IMG/VR virus record: IMGVR_UViG_3300005286_000487
Location: 1-51,261 of that record
Reading direction: 5' to 3' (one strand)
Source: a virus
Taxonomy: Duplodnaviria; Caudoviricetes
Length of the DNA: 51,261 bases
Shown here piece after piece: positions 18,391-27,100 of the stretch (its first letter is position 1; the number at the start of each line of letters is the position of its first letter). A program made the position numbers and the translations under genes. The notes beneath the pieces are model-generated. The model made no database searches and was not told the origin of the DNA. It worked only from the letters and a program-made list of their open reading frames with translations.

Positions 18391-19035
18391 GTGAAAAAGC
18401 GCCAGCGGGACAAGATTCTGAAAATCGTTGCTCGTCAGATCAATAGCGGTGACTTTACAAAGCTGAAGCCAGTCCACTTCCGGTGCGTCGACAAAACGAT
18501 TAGTGACTATATAACCAAGAAATACATTACAGAGTGGCAGCCTTGGTGGTACGACCAAGGCTGCAATCGGAGTAGCATGAGTCTCAAGGATGAGCATAAA
18601 AAGTTCTTTGATCAGTGCCGGAAGGAGTTGCAGGCTTGGACAGGCATTGATATGGAGAAATATCGCCAGTATTTTGAACTCAACCACAAAGATAAGTCGA
18701 AAAGGAAGCGTGGCAACCGCAAGCCGCGGAAGGAAAAGAAGCAGCCGATCAGGAAACTCAGGAATCCGCGCGAGTACAAGATTCGCGTGAACGAAGGTAA
18801 TGATCCGACTTGGAAAACGATCATTGCGGAGCCAGCCTTCCAGTATAAAGGATATGAGTTCTTTATTGCTCACTATGAAGGCCGCTGGACAGTCTCTGAT
18901 GTTGTTTCAGGAGCAAGGATCGCTCGCGATACTCGTTACAAACGAGCCGTAAAATACGCCAAGGGGCTGATCGAGAAACACTTCGATCGCTATGTTGCGA
19001 TGGTGGAGAGACTCAGACAGGAAGAAACAGCATGA
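18391..19035 (+). CDS. Hypothetical basic protein
   Basis: GGAGGG RBS before GTG 18391. Confidence 0.7.
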   Translation: MKKRQRDKILKIVARQINSGDFTKLKPVHFRCVDKTISDYITKKYITEWQPWWYDQGCNRSSMSLKDEHKKFFDQCRKELQAWTGIDMEKYRQYFELNHKDKSKRKRGNRKPRKEKKQPIRKLRNPREYKIRVNEGNDPTWKTIIAEPAFQYKGYEFFIAHYEGRWTVSDVVSGARIARDTRYKRAVKYAKGLIEKHFDRYVAMVERLRQEETA

Positions 19036-19265
19036 CCGAAGTAGAGGTAAGCCTGAATGAAGGCCAACGCTTCCTGATCGAAGACACGGACAGCGTTGCG
19101 GTGATCATGGTGGACAAGGTGACTATCCTGCCTGTCGCAAATCAAATCATCTACAGCGGATACTCATTCGATGTTGACTATGCGAGGATGGACTTCGCCA
19201 GCAGGCGTAAGGTTCAGATGGTGATGAATACCAAGTTGGAAGCATTTTTTGGCGAAGATGATTGA
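19032..19265 (+). CDS. Hypothetical protein
   Basis: ATGA overlap with upstream stop. Confidence 0.65.
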   Translation: MTEVEVSLNEGQRFLIEDTDSVAVIMVDKVTILPVANQIIYSGYSFDVDYARMDFASRRKVQMVMNTKLEAFFGEDD

Positions 19266-19277
19266 GGAGGGAACGGG

Positions 19278-19688
19278 ATGCAAAAACGCGAGATCAAGTT
19301 TCGGGGGAAACGCAAAGACAACGGAGAGTGGGTGTATGGCTACATCTGGATCATTCCGGTGTTGCAAATTCATTACATTTTGACAGGCAAAATTGATATG
19401 CGCGATTGCTCCATCGAGAAATATGAAGTCGATCCAGCATCTGTCGGACAATTCACCGGACTCCGCGACAAGAACGACCGTGAGATTTACGAGGGGGACA
19501 TCCTGGGAAAAACGTCCGAAACAAGCGGGCTGTCATATCGCTACACCGTTGAATGGGACTCCGAAACTGCACGCTTTATGGCAAGAGGAAAACATTTTCA
19601 GGAACTGGTGTCTGACTCATTGGAGCGCTGTTGTGAAGTCATCGGCAATATCTACGAATCGCCAGAACTCCTGGAGGTGGGAGAGTAA
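19278..19688 (+). CDS. YopX-family protein
   Basis: REIKFRG...GQFTGLRDKNDREIYEGDIL...EVIGNIYESPELL. Confidence 0.9.
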   Translation: MQKREIKFRGKRKDNGEWVYGYIWIIPVLQIHYILTGKIDMRDCSIEKYEVDPASVGQFTGLRDKNDREIYEGDILGKTSETSGLSYRYTVEWDSETARFMARGKHFQELVSDSLERCCEVIGNIYESPELLEVGE

Positions 19689-20008
19689 TGGAGGCAGGAC
19701 GTGAGCTTGATGTGAAAGTTGCTGAAGCGTTGGGGTGGAAGCCGTATCTTGATGAGGATTTCAACGACTGGGCCACAGAAAAAAATGGTTGGGTGCCTGA
19801 GTTCTCAACCAAATGGGGCAGCATGGGCGTGCTGGTGGAGGAAGCACGGAGCCAAGATATTTTACTCGATCACGACATTTATATGGACGGCTATGTTGGT
19901 TGCGCAAGACGTTTCGAGGCACTGGACTGTCCATGTTATCAAGCAGGAGACACAGCGCCACATGCGGTTAGCATGGCGTTCCTAAAGTTGAAAGGCGTTG
20001 CAATTTAA
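19688..20008 (+). CDS. BC1872/ABA-sandwich-like phage protein (second copy)
   Basis: GRELDVKVAEALGW...PEFST...TAPHAVSMAFL. Confidence 0.7.
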   Translation: MEAGRELDVKVAEALGWKPYLDEDFNDWATEKNGWVPEFSTKWGSMGVLVEEARSQDILLDHDIYMDGYVGCARRFEALDCPCYQAGDTAPHAVSMAFLKLKGVAI

Positions 20009-20235
20009 CAAAAGAAAAAGCCACTCTTTCGAGTGACTATCTGCAAGCGGATATCAGCTTCAGTCAGTTGTACACCTTGTTCGTCCTTTTCGTGCAACTC
20101 GGCAACCAGATCTGATAGAGCATCAAACATATTGCGTATTGGATTGGACACGATCGTTCCCCCTTTTTTACAGTTTATTGCGAGTGACCAGGTTTTCTTC
20201 TTGATAAGAGCAGGAACATCTTTTTTATCGGACAT
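20005..20235 (-). CDS. Hypothetical protein (antisense cassette)
   Basis: AAAGGA RBS; 76 aa; 3' end runs through a minus-strand terminator. Confidence 0.5.
   Translation of the reverse strand: MSDKKDVPALIKKKTWSLAINCKKGGTIVSNPIRNMFDALSDLVAELHEKDEQGVQLTEADIRLQIVTRKSGFFFC
20009..20038 (-). terminator. Minus-strand intrinsic terminator
   Basis: AGTCACTC-GAAA-GAGTGGCT-TTTTCTTTT on the minus strand. Confidence 0.65.
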
Positions 20236-20259
20236 GCTTGATCGATCCTTTCGTTAGAG

Positions 20260-20433
20260 CTAGTCCAACTCCATTGCGATTACATTTTTGATACCGTGTA
20301 TCATTTCTCGGAGCACATCAGTAGACAAGTCTTCATCGCGATCACAATAGGTTTCAACGTTCTCAATCAATTGTCGAGCATGTGCTAAAACCTTATTTTT
20401 TCGTTCTAATTGCTCCAGCAAGCTATCAGACAT
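20260..20433 (-). CDS. Small helical hypothetical protein (antisense cassette)
   Basis: GGAGG RBS before ATG at 20433; MSDSLLEQLERKNK. Confidence 0.6.
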   Translation of the reverse strand: MSDSLLEQLERKNKVLAHARQLIENVETYCDRDEDLSTDVLREMIHGIKNVIAMELD

Positions 20434-20574
20434 TGCGTTACCTCCAGCCAATGTAACAGTTCTTGTGTCTAGTTTACATTGGCTGGAAACAAAAAAATAG
20501 CCCCCAACCGGGAGCCCGAATATGCGTTCGTCAAAACAATTATACCACGAGCAAACGGACAGGGGGAACAGAAG

Positions 20575-20772
20575 ATGAGCGCTGTTGAAAAAGAAGAGTT
20601 TGTGGTAAAATATCCCTTAGAGAAGGGCGTCAGGGTCGTCATAATCGAGGACGGCAATGTCGTAGAGAGTTGTAAACTCGAAGCTCACCACAGGTTCACG
20701 ATCATCACCCAGGATGACAAGCTACTAGATACCGAAGAGACCAAACGCAAACGATACCGCAAAGCCAAATAA
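20575..20772 (+). CDS. XtrA/YqaO-like small phage protein
   Basis: VRVVIIEDG...FTIITQDDKLLDTEETKRKRY; upstream of late activator; AGGGGG RBS. Confidence 0.55.
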   Translation: MSAVEKEEFVVKYPLEKGVRVVIIEDGNVVESCKLEAHHRFTIITQDDKLLDTEETKRKRYRKAK

Positions 20773-20781
20773 AGAGCCTGA

Positions 20782-20846
20782 CTGAAAAGCAGAGGGCGTC
20801 AGAATGTTCACCCAATACGGGTGTGTTCTGGCGCCCTTTTTATTTT
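20782..20846 (+). terminator. Terminator/attenuator after the XtrA-like gene
   Basis: AGGGCGTCAGAAT/GTTCTGGCGCCCT stem plus U-tract, preceded by a small CTG-AAAAG-CAG hairpin. Confidence 0.65.
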
Positions 20847-20865
20847 GCCCAAAGGAGGACAAGCC

Positions 20866-21081
20866 ATGGCAAAGATATACGAAATCATGAAAGAGAAACG
20901 GAAGCGCCGGAATGAGCCGATTAGTTTCGCGAAGCATCTGGGCGGAGCCATAGAGCGGTATAAGCGGCGGGCAGCACCGGCCAGGACAACAGAGGTAATG
21001 ACCATCGATCAAATCAAGAAGCTGATGGGAGACACAGGCAAACGTCAGTTCCTGAAAGACAGAAACAAAGCTCGCAAATAA
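20866..21081 (+). CDS. Hypothetical basic protein
   Basis: AAGGAGG RBS before ATG 20866. Confidence 0.6.
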   Translation: MAKIYEIMKEKRKRRNEPISFAKHLGGAIERYKRRAAPARTTEVMTIDQIKKLMGDTGKRQFLKDRNKARK

Positions 21082-21102
21082 ACGCACTGGGGAGGGGTTC
21101 TC

Positions 21103-21609
21103 ATGCACGATTTGCTGATGGGGTATAAACAGACACGGAAAGGCTTGAACGCCGCATATGAGGCACTCAGGAAGGCGACGGAAGCCGGAAACGAGGGAGC
21201 TATGGCCGAGCGGCAGATAATTGGCGAAATGCGCGGGGAAGTGGAATGGATCATCGAGTGGTTGGAGACAGGTCGGCGGCCGGGGAACAGAAGAGGCATT
21301 GAGCGGCGAGCAGCGTACGAGCGAGAAAAGCTGATGGACCCGGTACGTATGCAGGCATTCGTCTCCCGGGGCACCGCGGGGAGCCCGTGTAACCTGACCG
21401 AGTGGCAGAGGTTTCAACTAGAAGATGCTTTGTCCAGCCTCACAGAGCGGGAGCGCGAGTGCTATGTGTTAACGCATGGCGAAGGCTTCTCGTTCGAGGA
21501 CACAGCTCGCCTGCTGAATATCACAAAGAGCAGCGTGCAGACACTCGTCACTCGGGCACAGACCAAAATTTCAGAACGAGTTACAAACAGTCTATTCTTC
21601 GTTGGATAG
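21103..21609 (+). CDS. Sigma70 region-4-like late transcription activator (Xpf-like)
   Basis: IEWLETGRRPGNRRGIERR; LTERERECYVL...GFSFEDTARLLNITKSSVQT HTH. Confidence 0.85.
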   Translation: MHDLLMGYKQTRKGLNAAYEALRKATEAGNEGAMAERQIIGEMRGEVEWIIEWLETGRRPGNRRGIERRAAYEREKLMDPVRMQAFVSRGTAGSPCNLTEWQRFQLEDALSSLTERERECYVLTHGEGFSFEDTARLLNITKSSVQTLVTRAQTKISERVTNSLFFVG

Positions 21610-21680
21610 GCTGTTTATTTTTTACGGTCAAAGGGAATGAGGAAAGGAGAATTTTTCGTATGTACAGGGGGAGTGAGGTA

Positions 21681-21869
21681 ATGGGTTTGGATTTAAGGGT
21701 AAATGAACCTTGGTTAACGACAGGGGCCATACAGTTAGCTGTTTTTTCAATCATTTTGCTTGTTGTCTTGATAATCATACATACATTCGTGCCCAGATTT
21801 TTGAGAGGCATTTTTAATGCTGCTGCTATGTTAGGGGGAATCTACCTGTTCGCAAAGTGGATTAGCTGA
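21681..21869 (+). CDS. Small two-TM membrane protein (moron)
   Basis: GAGTGAGG RBS; two hydrophobic segments; AT-rich. Confidence 0.6.
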   Translation: MGLDLRVNEPWLTTGAIQLAVFSIILLVVLIIIHTFVPRFLRGIFNAAAMLGGIYLFAKWIS

Positions 21870-22005
21870 AACGGTCGTTTTTTGTCATACGAAAGCCCGC
21901 TATATACGAAAGGACTTTTTCTTTCGCGAACCCCTCCTACCGCCCGGGAAACTGGGCGGATTTTTATAAGAAAAGCATCCGTCTTGAACGGATGCATAGA
22001 GAAGA

Positions 22006-22230
22006 CTAGAACTCAACAGAAAACCTTGGTGTATATAATTGTCCTGAAGGTCTTGCGGAAGAAATTTTTGAAATGGTAAAACTACGGATCTCGTTGCGCA
22101 TCTGACACCACCCAAAAAAACGAGTATCACGGAAAGAATAAGGCTCAACAAGCCTTTGCTCACCATCGTAAATAATGAAGACCATTTCTCTACGAGCACC
22201 GCAGGTTCTAATTGTTTCTATAACGCTCAT
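22006..22230 (-). CDS. Stand-alone WYL-domain-like protein
   Basis: IIYDGEQRLVEPYS...FFGWCQMRNEIRSFTISKISS; GGAGG RBS; minus-strand terminator about 21970-21995. Confidence 0.7.
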   Translation of the reverse strand: MSVIETIRTCGARREMVFIIYDGEQRLVEPYSFRDTRFFGWCQMRNEIRSFTISKISSARPSGQLYTPRFSVEF

Positions 22231-22264
22231 CGTTTCTCGCCTCCAATCAGAAAGGGGTCAAAAA

Positions 22265-22471
22265 GTGAATAAGGTCATACAGTTAAAAAGACCAATCAGT
22301 GACGATTACATAACATATGTACCAGAGAACAAACCACCGATTGAGACTGCAGTCTTCGTTTACTGCAAAGGATGTAAGAAAAAGCATCTTTTGTACCCTG
22401 TTTATGATGAGGACACCTACCAGATTGGATGGTGGTGGTGCTTTAACTTAAACGAACCGTTTCGTGTCTGA
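22265..22471 (+). CDS. Small Cys-containing hypothetical protein
   Basis: AAAGGGG RBS before GTG 22265; CKGC. Confidence 0.5.
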   Translation: MNKVIQLKRPISDDYITYVPENKPPIETAVFVYCKGCKKKHLLYPVYDEDTYQIGWWWCFNLNEPFRV

Positions 22472-22498
22472 GTGTTCATAGGAAGAAGGCTGATTTTT

Positions 22499-22810
22499 AT
22501 GGATTTTATCAAAGGGGAAATCACAGCATATTGCTTCATGGTACAAAGAGGGAAGCCTGCGGCTATGATGCCAATTCAAGAAAGATTTCGTGAAGGTGTC
22601 ATCAATTTTGTGACTAATCAAGAATTGCAAGTGTATACCGAGCCTTTAGCAGAAGGTTGGGTTGCATTGTGGATATATAAGTATCCGCATATTCTCGACG
22701 TCATAAAAAACATCCCGCAGACTCCTTCTTCTGTGTTTGACCATTGGATACTCGGAAAGCTGTTCGGTTACGAAGAATCAGCAATCCAAGAATTTGTAAC
22801 TAAGGTTTAG
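22499..22810 (+). CDS. Hypothetical protein
   Basis: MDFIKGEITAYCFMVQRGKPAA...HWILGKLFGY. Confidence 0.65.
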   Translation: MDFIKGEITAYCFMVQRGKPAAMMPIQERFREGVINFVTNQELQVYTEPLAEGWVALWIYKYPHILDVIKNIPQTPSSVFDHWILGKLFGYEESAIQEFVTKV

Positions 22811-22938
22811 CGATACTCTGTTCCGGTGCACTTAGGGCAAGGAGGCAGTGTATCTGTGTTATCATCAAGACTAACTGATTGACCACAACTTTTGCAGATG
22901 TAAGTACCTTTTCCGGGTTTCTCACCAGTTCTTGGCAT
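22807..22938 (-). CDS. Zinc-ribbon microprotein, 43 aa
   Basis: TGEKPGKGTYICKSCG...LPPCPKC; AAGGAGGTG RBS. Confidence 0.75.
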   Translation of the reverse strand: MPRTGEKPGKGTYICKSCGQSVSLDDNTDTLPPCPKCTGTEYR

Positions 22939-23072
22939 ATGTATCACCTCCTTCAGAATAAAAGGTTTGATAACACTTGCGTTAAATCCTTTCAAATGTC
23001 GGAAAATGTCGGTCGAAAGTTGTAGGATAATAGTCCTTTCTGTTGAATCAAGTAGCAGGGAGGGAGTTAAAT

Positions 23073-23309
23073 TTGGATCAAATTCAAAAAATATCTGAAG
23101 CAGGGGCCATTGCATTACTTGAAGTATTAGGTTTGTGGATTTTCCTGCCTATAATTGTATTTTTTATGATAGCTTGGGTCATCAAGTTAAGAGGACAGCT
23201 TTTCAACTTTGTGTTTTTTATTTTTATGTTTGCAGTTATTTATGTCTTCATTACACAAGGACTGCAAACGATACCCACGGTTTATTACGATAAAGTAGGC
23301 ACCCTATGA
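23073..23309 (+). CDS. Small membrane protein (moron)
   Basis: GGGAGGGAG RBS before TTG; two TM segments; followed by terminator 23299-23319. Confidence 0.6.
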   Translation: MDQIQKISEAGAIALLEVLGLWIFLPIIVFFMIAWVIKLRGQLFNFVFFIFMFAVIYVFITQGLQTIPTVYYDKVGTL

Positions 23310-23361
23310 GGTGCTTTTTCTTTTGCAAAACAACTCAAACAATGGTGGTGGTGATGATGTA

Positions 23362-24129
23362 GTGTCAACCGACTGGGACGATATCAAACGGGAGTACGAG
23401 ACGACAGACATTTCTTTGTCCGACCTAGCTGACAAGCACGGAATCAAGTACCCGACCATGAAAAGTCGAAAACAGCGGCAAGGATGGACGAAGGACGCAT
23501 CCGCAGACGCAAAAGATGCATCTTCTCAGGCTCGGGATGCATCCAAACGGAGCCGAGCAGGGCCGCCGCGAGGCAATAAGAACGCAGTGGGGCATGGAGC
23601 TCCCAAGGGTAATCAAAACGCCGTAGGAAACGACGGAGGAGCGCCGAAGGGCAATTCCAACGCCGTCACCCACGGCTTTTTTCGTAAGTTCTTTCCGGAA
23701 GAGACGCTGGAGATCATGGAGCAGATTGAAACCAGGTCACCGCTGGACATGCTCTGGGACAACATTGTGATCCAGTACACAGCGATCATCCGGGCGCAGC
23801 AGATCATGTTTGTCCGCGATCAGCAAGACGAGACGCGAGTGCTAAAAAAGCAAAAGGAAGGCGAAACATCGTTTGAACAAGAGTGGGAATACCAGCACGC
23901 CTGGGACAAGCAGGCGACCTTCCTCCAGGCACAGTCCCGCGCCATGGCGACGTTGCAGTCGCTCATTCGCCAATACGAGGACATGTGCAACAAGGGTCTG
24001 GCGACCGAAGAGCAACGCCTGCGAATAGAAAAGCTGAAGGGCGAGGTCAAATTGCTTGAGCAAAAAGCAACCGCAGAAACCGACAAGCCAATCGAGATCC
24101 TCATCAAGCGAAAGGATGATGCCAAATGA
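23362..24129 (+). CDS. terS: Terminase small subunit
   Basis: N-terminal HTH, three G[AP]PxGNxNA repeats, HGFFRKF; precedes TerL. Confidence 0.88.
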   Translation: MSTDWDDIKREYETTDISLSDLADKHGIKYPTMKSRKQRQGWTKDASADAKDASSQARDASKRSRAGPPRGNKNAVGHGAPKGNQNAVGNDGGAPKGNSNAVTHGFFRKFFPEETLEIMEQIETRSPLDMLWDNIVIQYTAIIRAQQIMFVRDQQDETRVLKKQKEGETSFEQEWEYQHAWDKQATFLQAQSRAMATLQSLIRQYEDMCNKGLATEEQRLRIEKLKGEVKLLEQKATAETDKPIEILIKRKDDAK

Positions 24130-25412
24130 TCGAAAAAGAAGTAAACCCGCATTTCGAGGACTTCCTTTTCGACTGGCAACATAAGTTTTATTTCCTGGTT
24201 GGTGGCTATGGATCGTCGAAGAGTTACCACGTCGCTCTGAAGCTCATCCTGAAGCTACTGGACGATAAACGCACCGCGTTGGTAGTGCGTGAGGTTTACG
24301 ATACCCATCGCGATTCTACCTACTCGCTGCTTGAAGAGATCGTGACCGACTTGGGGCTAGATGGGACGATCAAATGCATCACGTCTCCCATGCAGATCAG
24401 GTTTCCGAATGGCAGCAAGATCATTTTCAAGGGTATGGACAAGCCTGCAAAGCTCAAGTCAATCAACAATGTCTCCATCGTGTGGGTGGAGGAATGCTCT
24501 GAAGTGAAGTATGAGGGATTCAAGGAACTTACAGGGCGTTTGCGGCACCCGACACTTCCGCTGCACATGATCTTGTCGACCAATCCTGTCAGCACATCAA
24601 ATTGGTGCTACAAATACTTTTTCAAGGACAGCAAAAAGAAACATCATGTTCTGGATGATGCTGATTTGTACCGTGATCGAATCACTGTGGTGAAAAACAC
24701 GTACTATCACCATTCGACGGCTGATGACAACTTGTTCCTGCCGCCGAGTTACATTGAGCAACTGGACGAGTTGAAGATACATGATCCTGATTTGCACAGA
24801 GTAGCCCGAAAAGGCCAATTCGGAGTAAACGGGGTAGTTGTATTCCCTCAGTTCCAAACGCAGACACACGAGGCTGTTATGGCTGCCATACGAGCCATCA
24901 GAAAGCCGATCATGCGGAACGGGATGGACTTTGGATTTCAGACATCCTACAACGCATTGTTACGTCTGGCTGTCGATCATAACGAAAAAATCCTGTACAT
25001 CTACTGGGAATACTACAAAAACAAGATGACGGATGACCGGACAGCAGAGGAAATCGACGAATTTCGGCAGTCCGGGGAACTGATCAAAGCAGACAGTGCC
25101 GAGCCAAAGACGATACAATTCTTTAGGCAAAAGGGGTTCAACATGCGTCCGGCTAAGAAGTTTCAAGGCTCTCGAGCGCAGTATACCAAGAAGATCAAAC
25201 GCTTCAAGAAAATCATCTGCTCTGATCGGTGCCCAAACGCCATCGAAGAGTTGAAGGAGCTCACTTTCGCAGTCGATAAGCAAGGGGAGATCATCGAAGA
25301 CGAGTTTACGATCGACCCACACACGCTGTCGGCTATTTGGTATGCGCTCGATGATTACGAAGTGTCAGACCTGAAAGGCGGCTCTGTTTGGTTCCCGGAA
25401 GAAAGGAGGTAA
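24126..25412 (+). CDS. terL: PBSX-family terminase large subunit
   Basis: GGYGSSKS Walker A, VWVEEC Walker B, GMDFG and ADSAEPK nuclease motifs. Confidence 0.95.
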   Translation: MIEKEVNPHFEDFLFDWQHKFYFLVGGYGSSKSYHVALKLILKLLDDKRTALVVREVYDTHRDSTYSLLEEIVTDLGLDGTIKCITSPMQIRFPNGSKIIFKGMDKPAKLKSINNVSIVWVEECSEVKYEGFKELTGRLRHPTLPLHMILSTNPVSTSNWCYKYFFKDSKKKHHVLDDADLYRDRITVVKNTYYHHSTADDNLFLPPSYIEQLDELKIHDPDLHRVARKGQFGVNGVVVFPQFQTQTHEAVMAAIRAIRKPIMRNGMDFGFQTSYNALLRLAVDHNEKILYIYWEYYKNKMTDDRTAEEIDEFRQSGELIKADSAEPKTIQFFRQKGFNMRPAKKFQGSRAQYTKKIKRFKKIICSDRCPNAIEELKELTFAVDKQGEIIEDEFTIDPHTLSAIWYALDDYEVSDLKGGSVWFPEERR

Positions 25413-25416
25413 GGAC

Positions 25417-26913
25417 ATGTTTCTCGATTTGAATATTTTCGACTCTAACCAACAAGAGCATATCGACAGCATCATATTGCGTGGCAAAATGTCGGAAATG
25501 AGCATCGAGCAGATCATCAACGAAGAAATCAGCGAGTGGCGAGCATCCAAGAAGCGAAAGTGGATGGTCACAGGCGAGAACTACTACAAGAACAAAACGG
25601 ACATCCTGCAACGCGAACGAAAAGCCGTTGGTGCTAGTGGCGCGTTAGAGCCAGTACCAAACCTTGCGAATAACCGACTAGCCAACGCCTTTGCACGCAA
25701 ACTGGTCGATCAAAAGGTGGGCTATCTGCTCGGCAAACCGCTGAGCATACAAGCGGATGCCGAGGAATACGTAGAAGTTCTCGGCAGTTTCTTCGACAAG
25801 GCTATGATGCGTAGGCTACAGTCCATCGGAAAAGAGGCAATCAACAAAGGTATCGCATGGTTGCATGTCTACTACGACGAAAAAGGCGCACTGAGCTTCA
25901 AGAAGATGCGAAGCGAGGAAATCATACCACTCTGGCGAGACGATGCTCATACGGTCTTGGATGCGATTATCCGCGTGTATGATGTGGTTGTTTACGAGGG
26001 CACGAAACGAAATGTCGTAACCAAAGCGGAGTGGTGGGACACGCAAGGCGTAAGACGGTACACATACAATGGCATAGGTCTTACTGCTGACGTGGAAGCA
26101 GGAGACGTTGGATCGCATTTTACTGTTGTTTCAAACGGCGTAGAAACACCGCTTAACTGGTCAGTCATTCCGTTTATTCCATTCAAGTACAACGAAGAAG
26201 AGCAGCCGCTGATTGAGTTGATTAAATCGCTTGTAGACGACTACGACCGCAACAAGAGCGACAACAGCAATAACCTGGAGGACTTGCCGAACAGCCTCTA
26301 TGTTGTCAAAAACTATGACGGTACGAGCGCATCTGACTTCCGCAAAAACATTTCCACGTATCGGACTGTATTTGTATCGGATGACGGGGACTTGAAATCC
26401 GTAGGCATCGAAATCAACACCGAAGCCTTGAAAAACCACATGGACATGTCGCGGAAAGATATTTATGAGTTTGGGCGCGGCGTAGATACGCAGTCCGATA
26501 ACTTCGGTGGCGATAAGTCAGGCGTGGCACTTAAATTCCTCTACGCTGACCTTGACATGGATGCAAACATGATGGAGACAGAGTTTCAGGCATCATTGGA
26601 ACAATTGCGCTGGTTTATTGATGTGCATTTGTACAACACAACCAAGGTTGATTACAGCGGAGAACAAGTTGACTTCATCTTTAACCGCGACATTCTGATC
26701 AATGAGACGGACTCCATCTCCAATGCGAAGAATAGTGTAGGCATTATCTCAGACGAGACGATCGTTTCCAATCATCCATGGGTAACCGACGCCAAGGACG
26801 AAATGGAACGACTGAGAAAGCAGAAGGATGATGCGCTTGAACAGGTTAATCACTATGGGGGTCTGAGAGGAGGCAATTCAAATGCTGACCAAGGAGGCGT
26901 CCCGCAGGATTAA
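25417..26913 (+). CDS. SPP1 gp6-like portal protein
   Basis: LVDQKVGYLLGKP, SGVALKFLYADLD, FNRDILINE. Confidence 0.93.
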   Translation: MFLDLNIFDSNQQEHIDSIILRGKMSEMSIEQIINEEISEWRASKKRKWMVTGENYYKNKTDILQRERKAVGASGALEPVPNLANNRLANAFARKLVDQKVGYLLGKPLSIQADAEEYVEVLGSFFDKAMMRRLQSIGKEAINKGIAWLHVYYDEKGALSFKKMRSEEIIPLWRDDAHTVLDAIIRVYDVVVYEGTKRNVVTKAEWWDTQGVRRYTYNGIGLTADVEAGDVGSHFTVVSNGVETPLNWSVIPFIPFKYNEEEQPLIELIKSLVDDYDRNKSDNSNNLEDLPNSLYVVKNYDGTSASDFRKNISTYRTVFVSDDGDLKSVGIEINTEALKNHMDMSRKDIYEFGRGVDTQSDNFGGDKSGVALKFLYADLDMDANMMETEFQASLEQLRWFIDVHLYNTTKVDYSGEQVDFIFNRDILINETDSISNAKNSVGIISDETIVSNHPWVTDAKDEMERLRKQKDDALEQVNHYGGLRGGNSNADQGGVPQD

Positions 26914-27100
26914 TTACTTGATCGAGCAACTGTGCCTATCTCATACCGCTACGTTGCATAAAGGCGAAAAGATTAACAACGATGACATGCAGGCTTTGGC
27001 TGCACTGATCTCTTCCATCGAACCAACTATTGGTGAAGGAATTGGCGTTATCGGCTTTTTGGCTGGTGACGCCAATGATACGGGAGGAGATGACGAATGA
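26882..27100 (+). CDS. Hypothetical protein
   Basis: GAGGAGG RBS; coupled to MuF gene. Confidence 0.55.
   Translation: MLTKEASRRINYLIEQLCLSHTATLHKGEKINNDDMQALAALISSIEPTIGEGIGVIGFLAGDANDTGGDDE

Noticed and set aside
21882-21906. TTGTCATAC...CTATATA as the late promoter for the sigma-like activator
   Set aside because: Plausible by position, but a single copy with no consensus I can verify
23560-23680. Tandem G[AP]PxGNxNA repeats
   Set aside because: Ordinary feature of this terminase small subunit family
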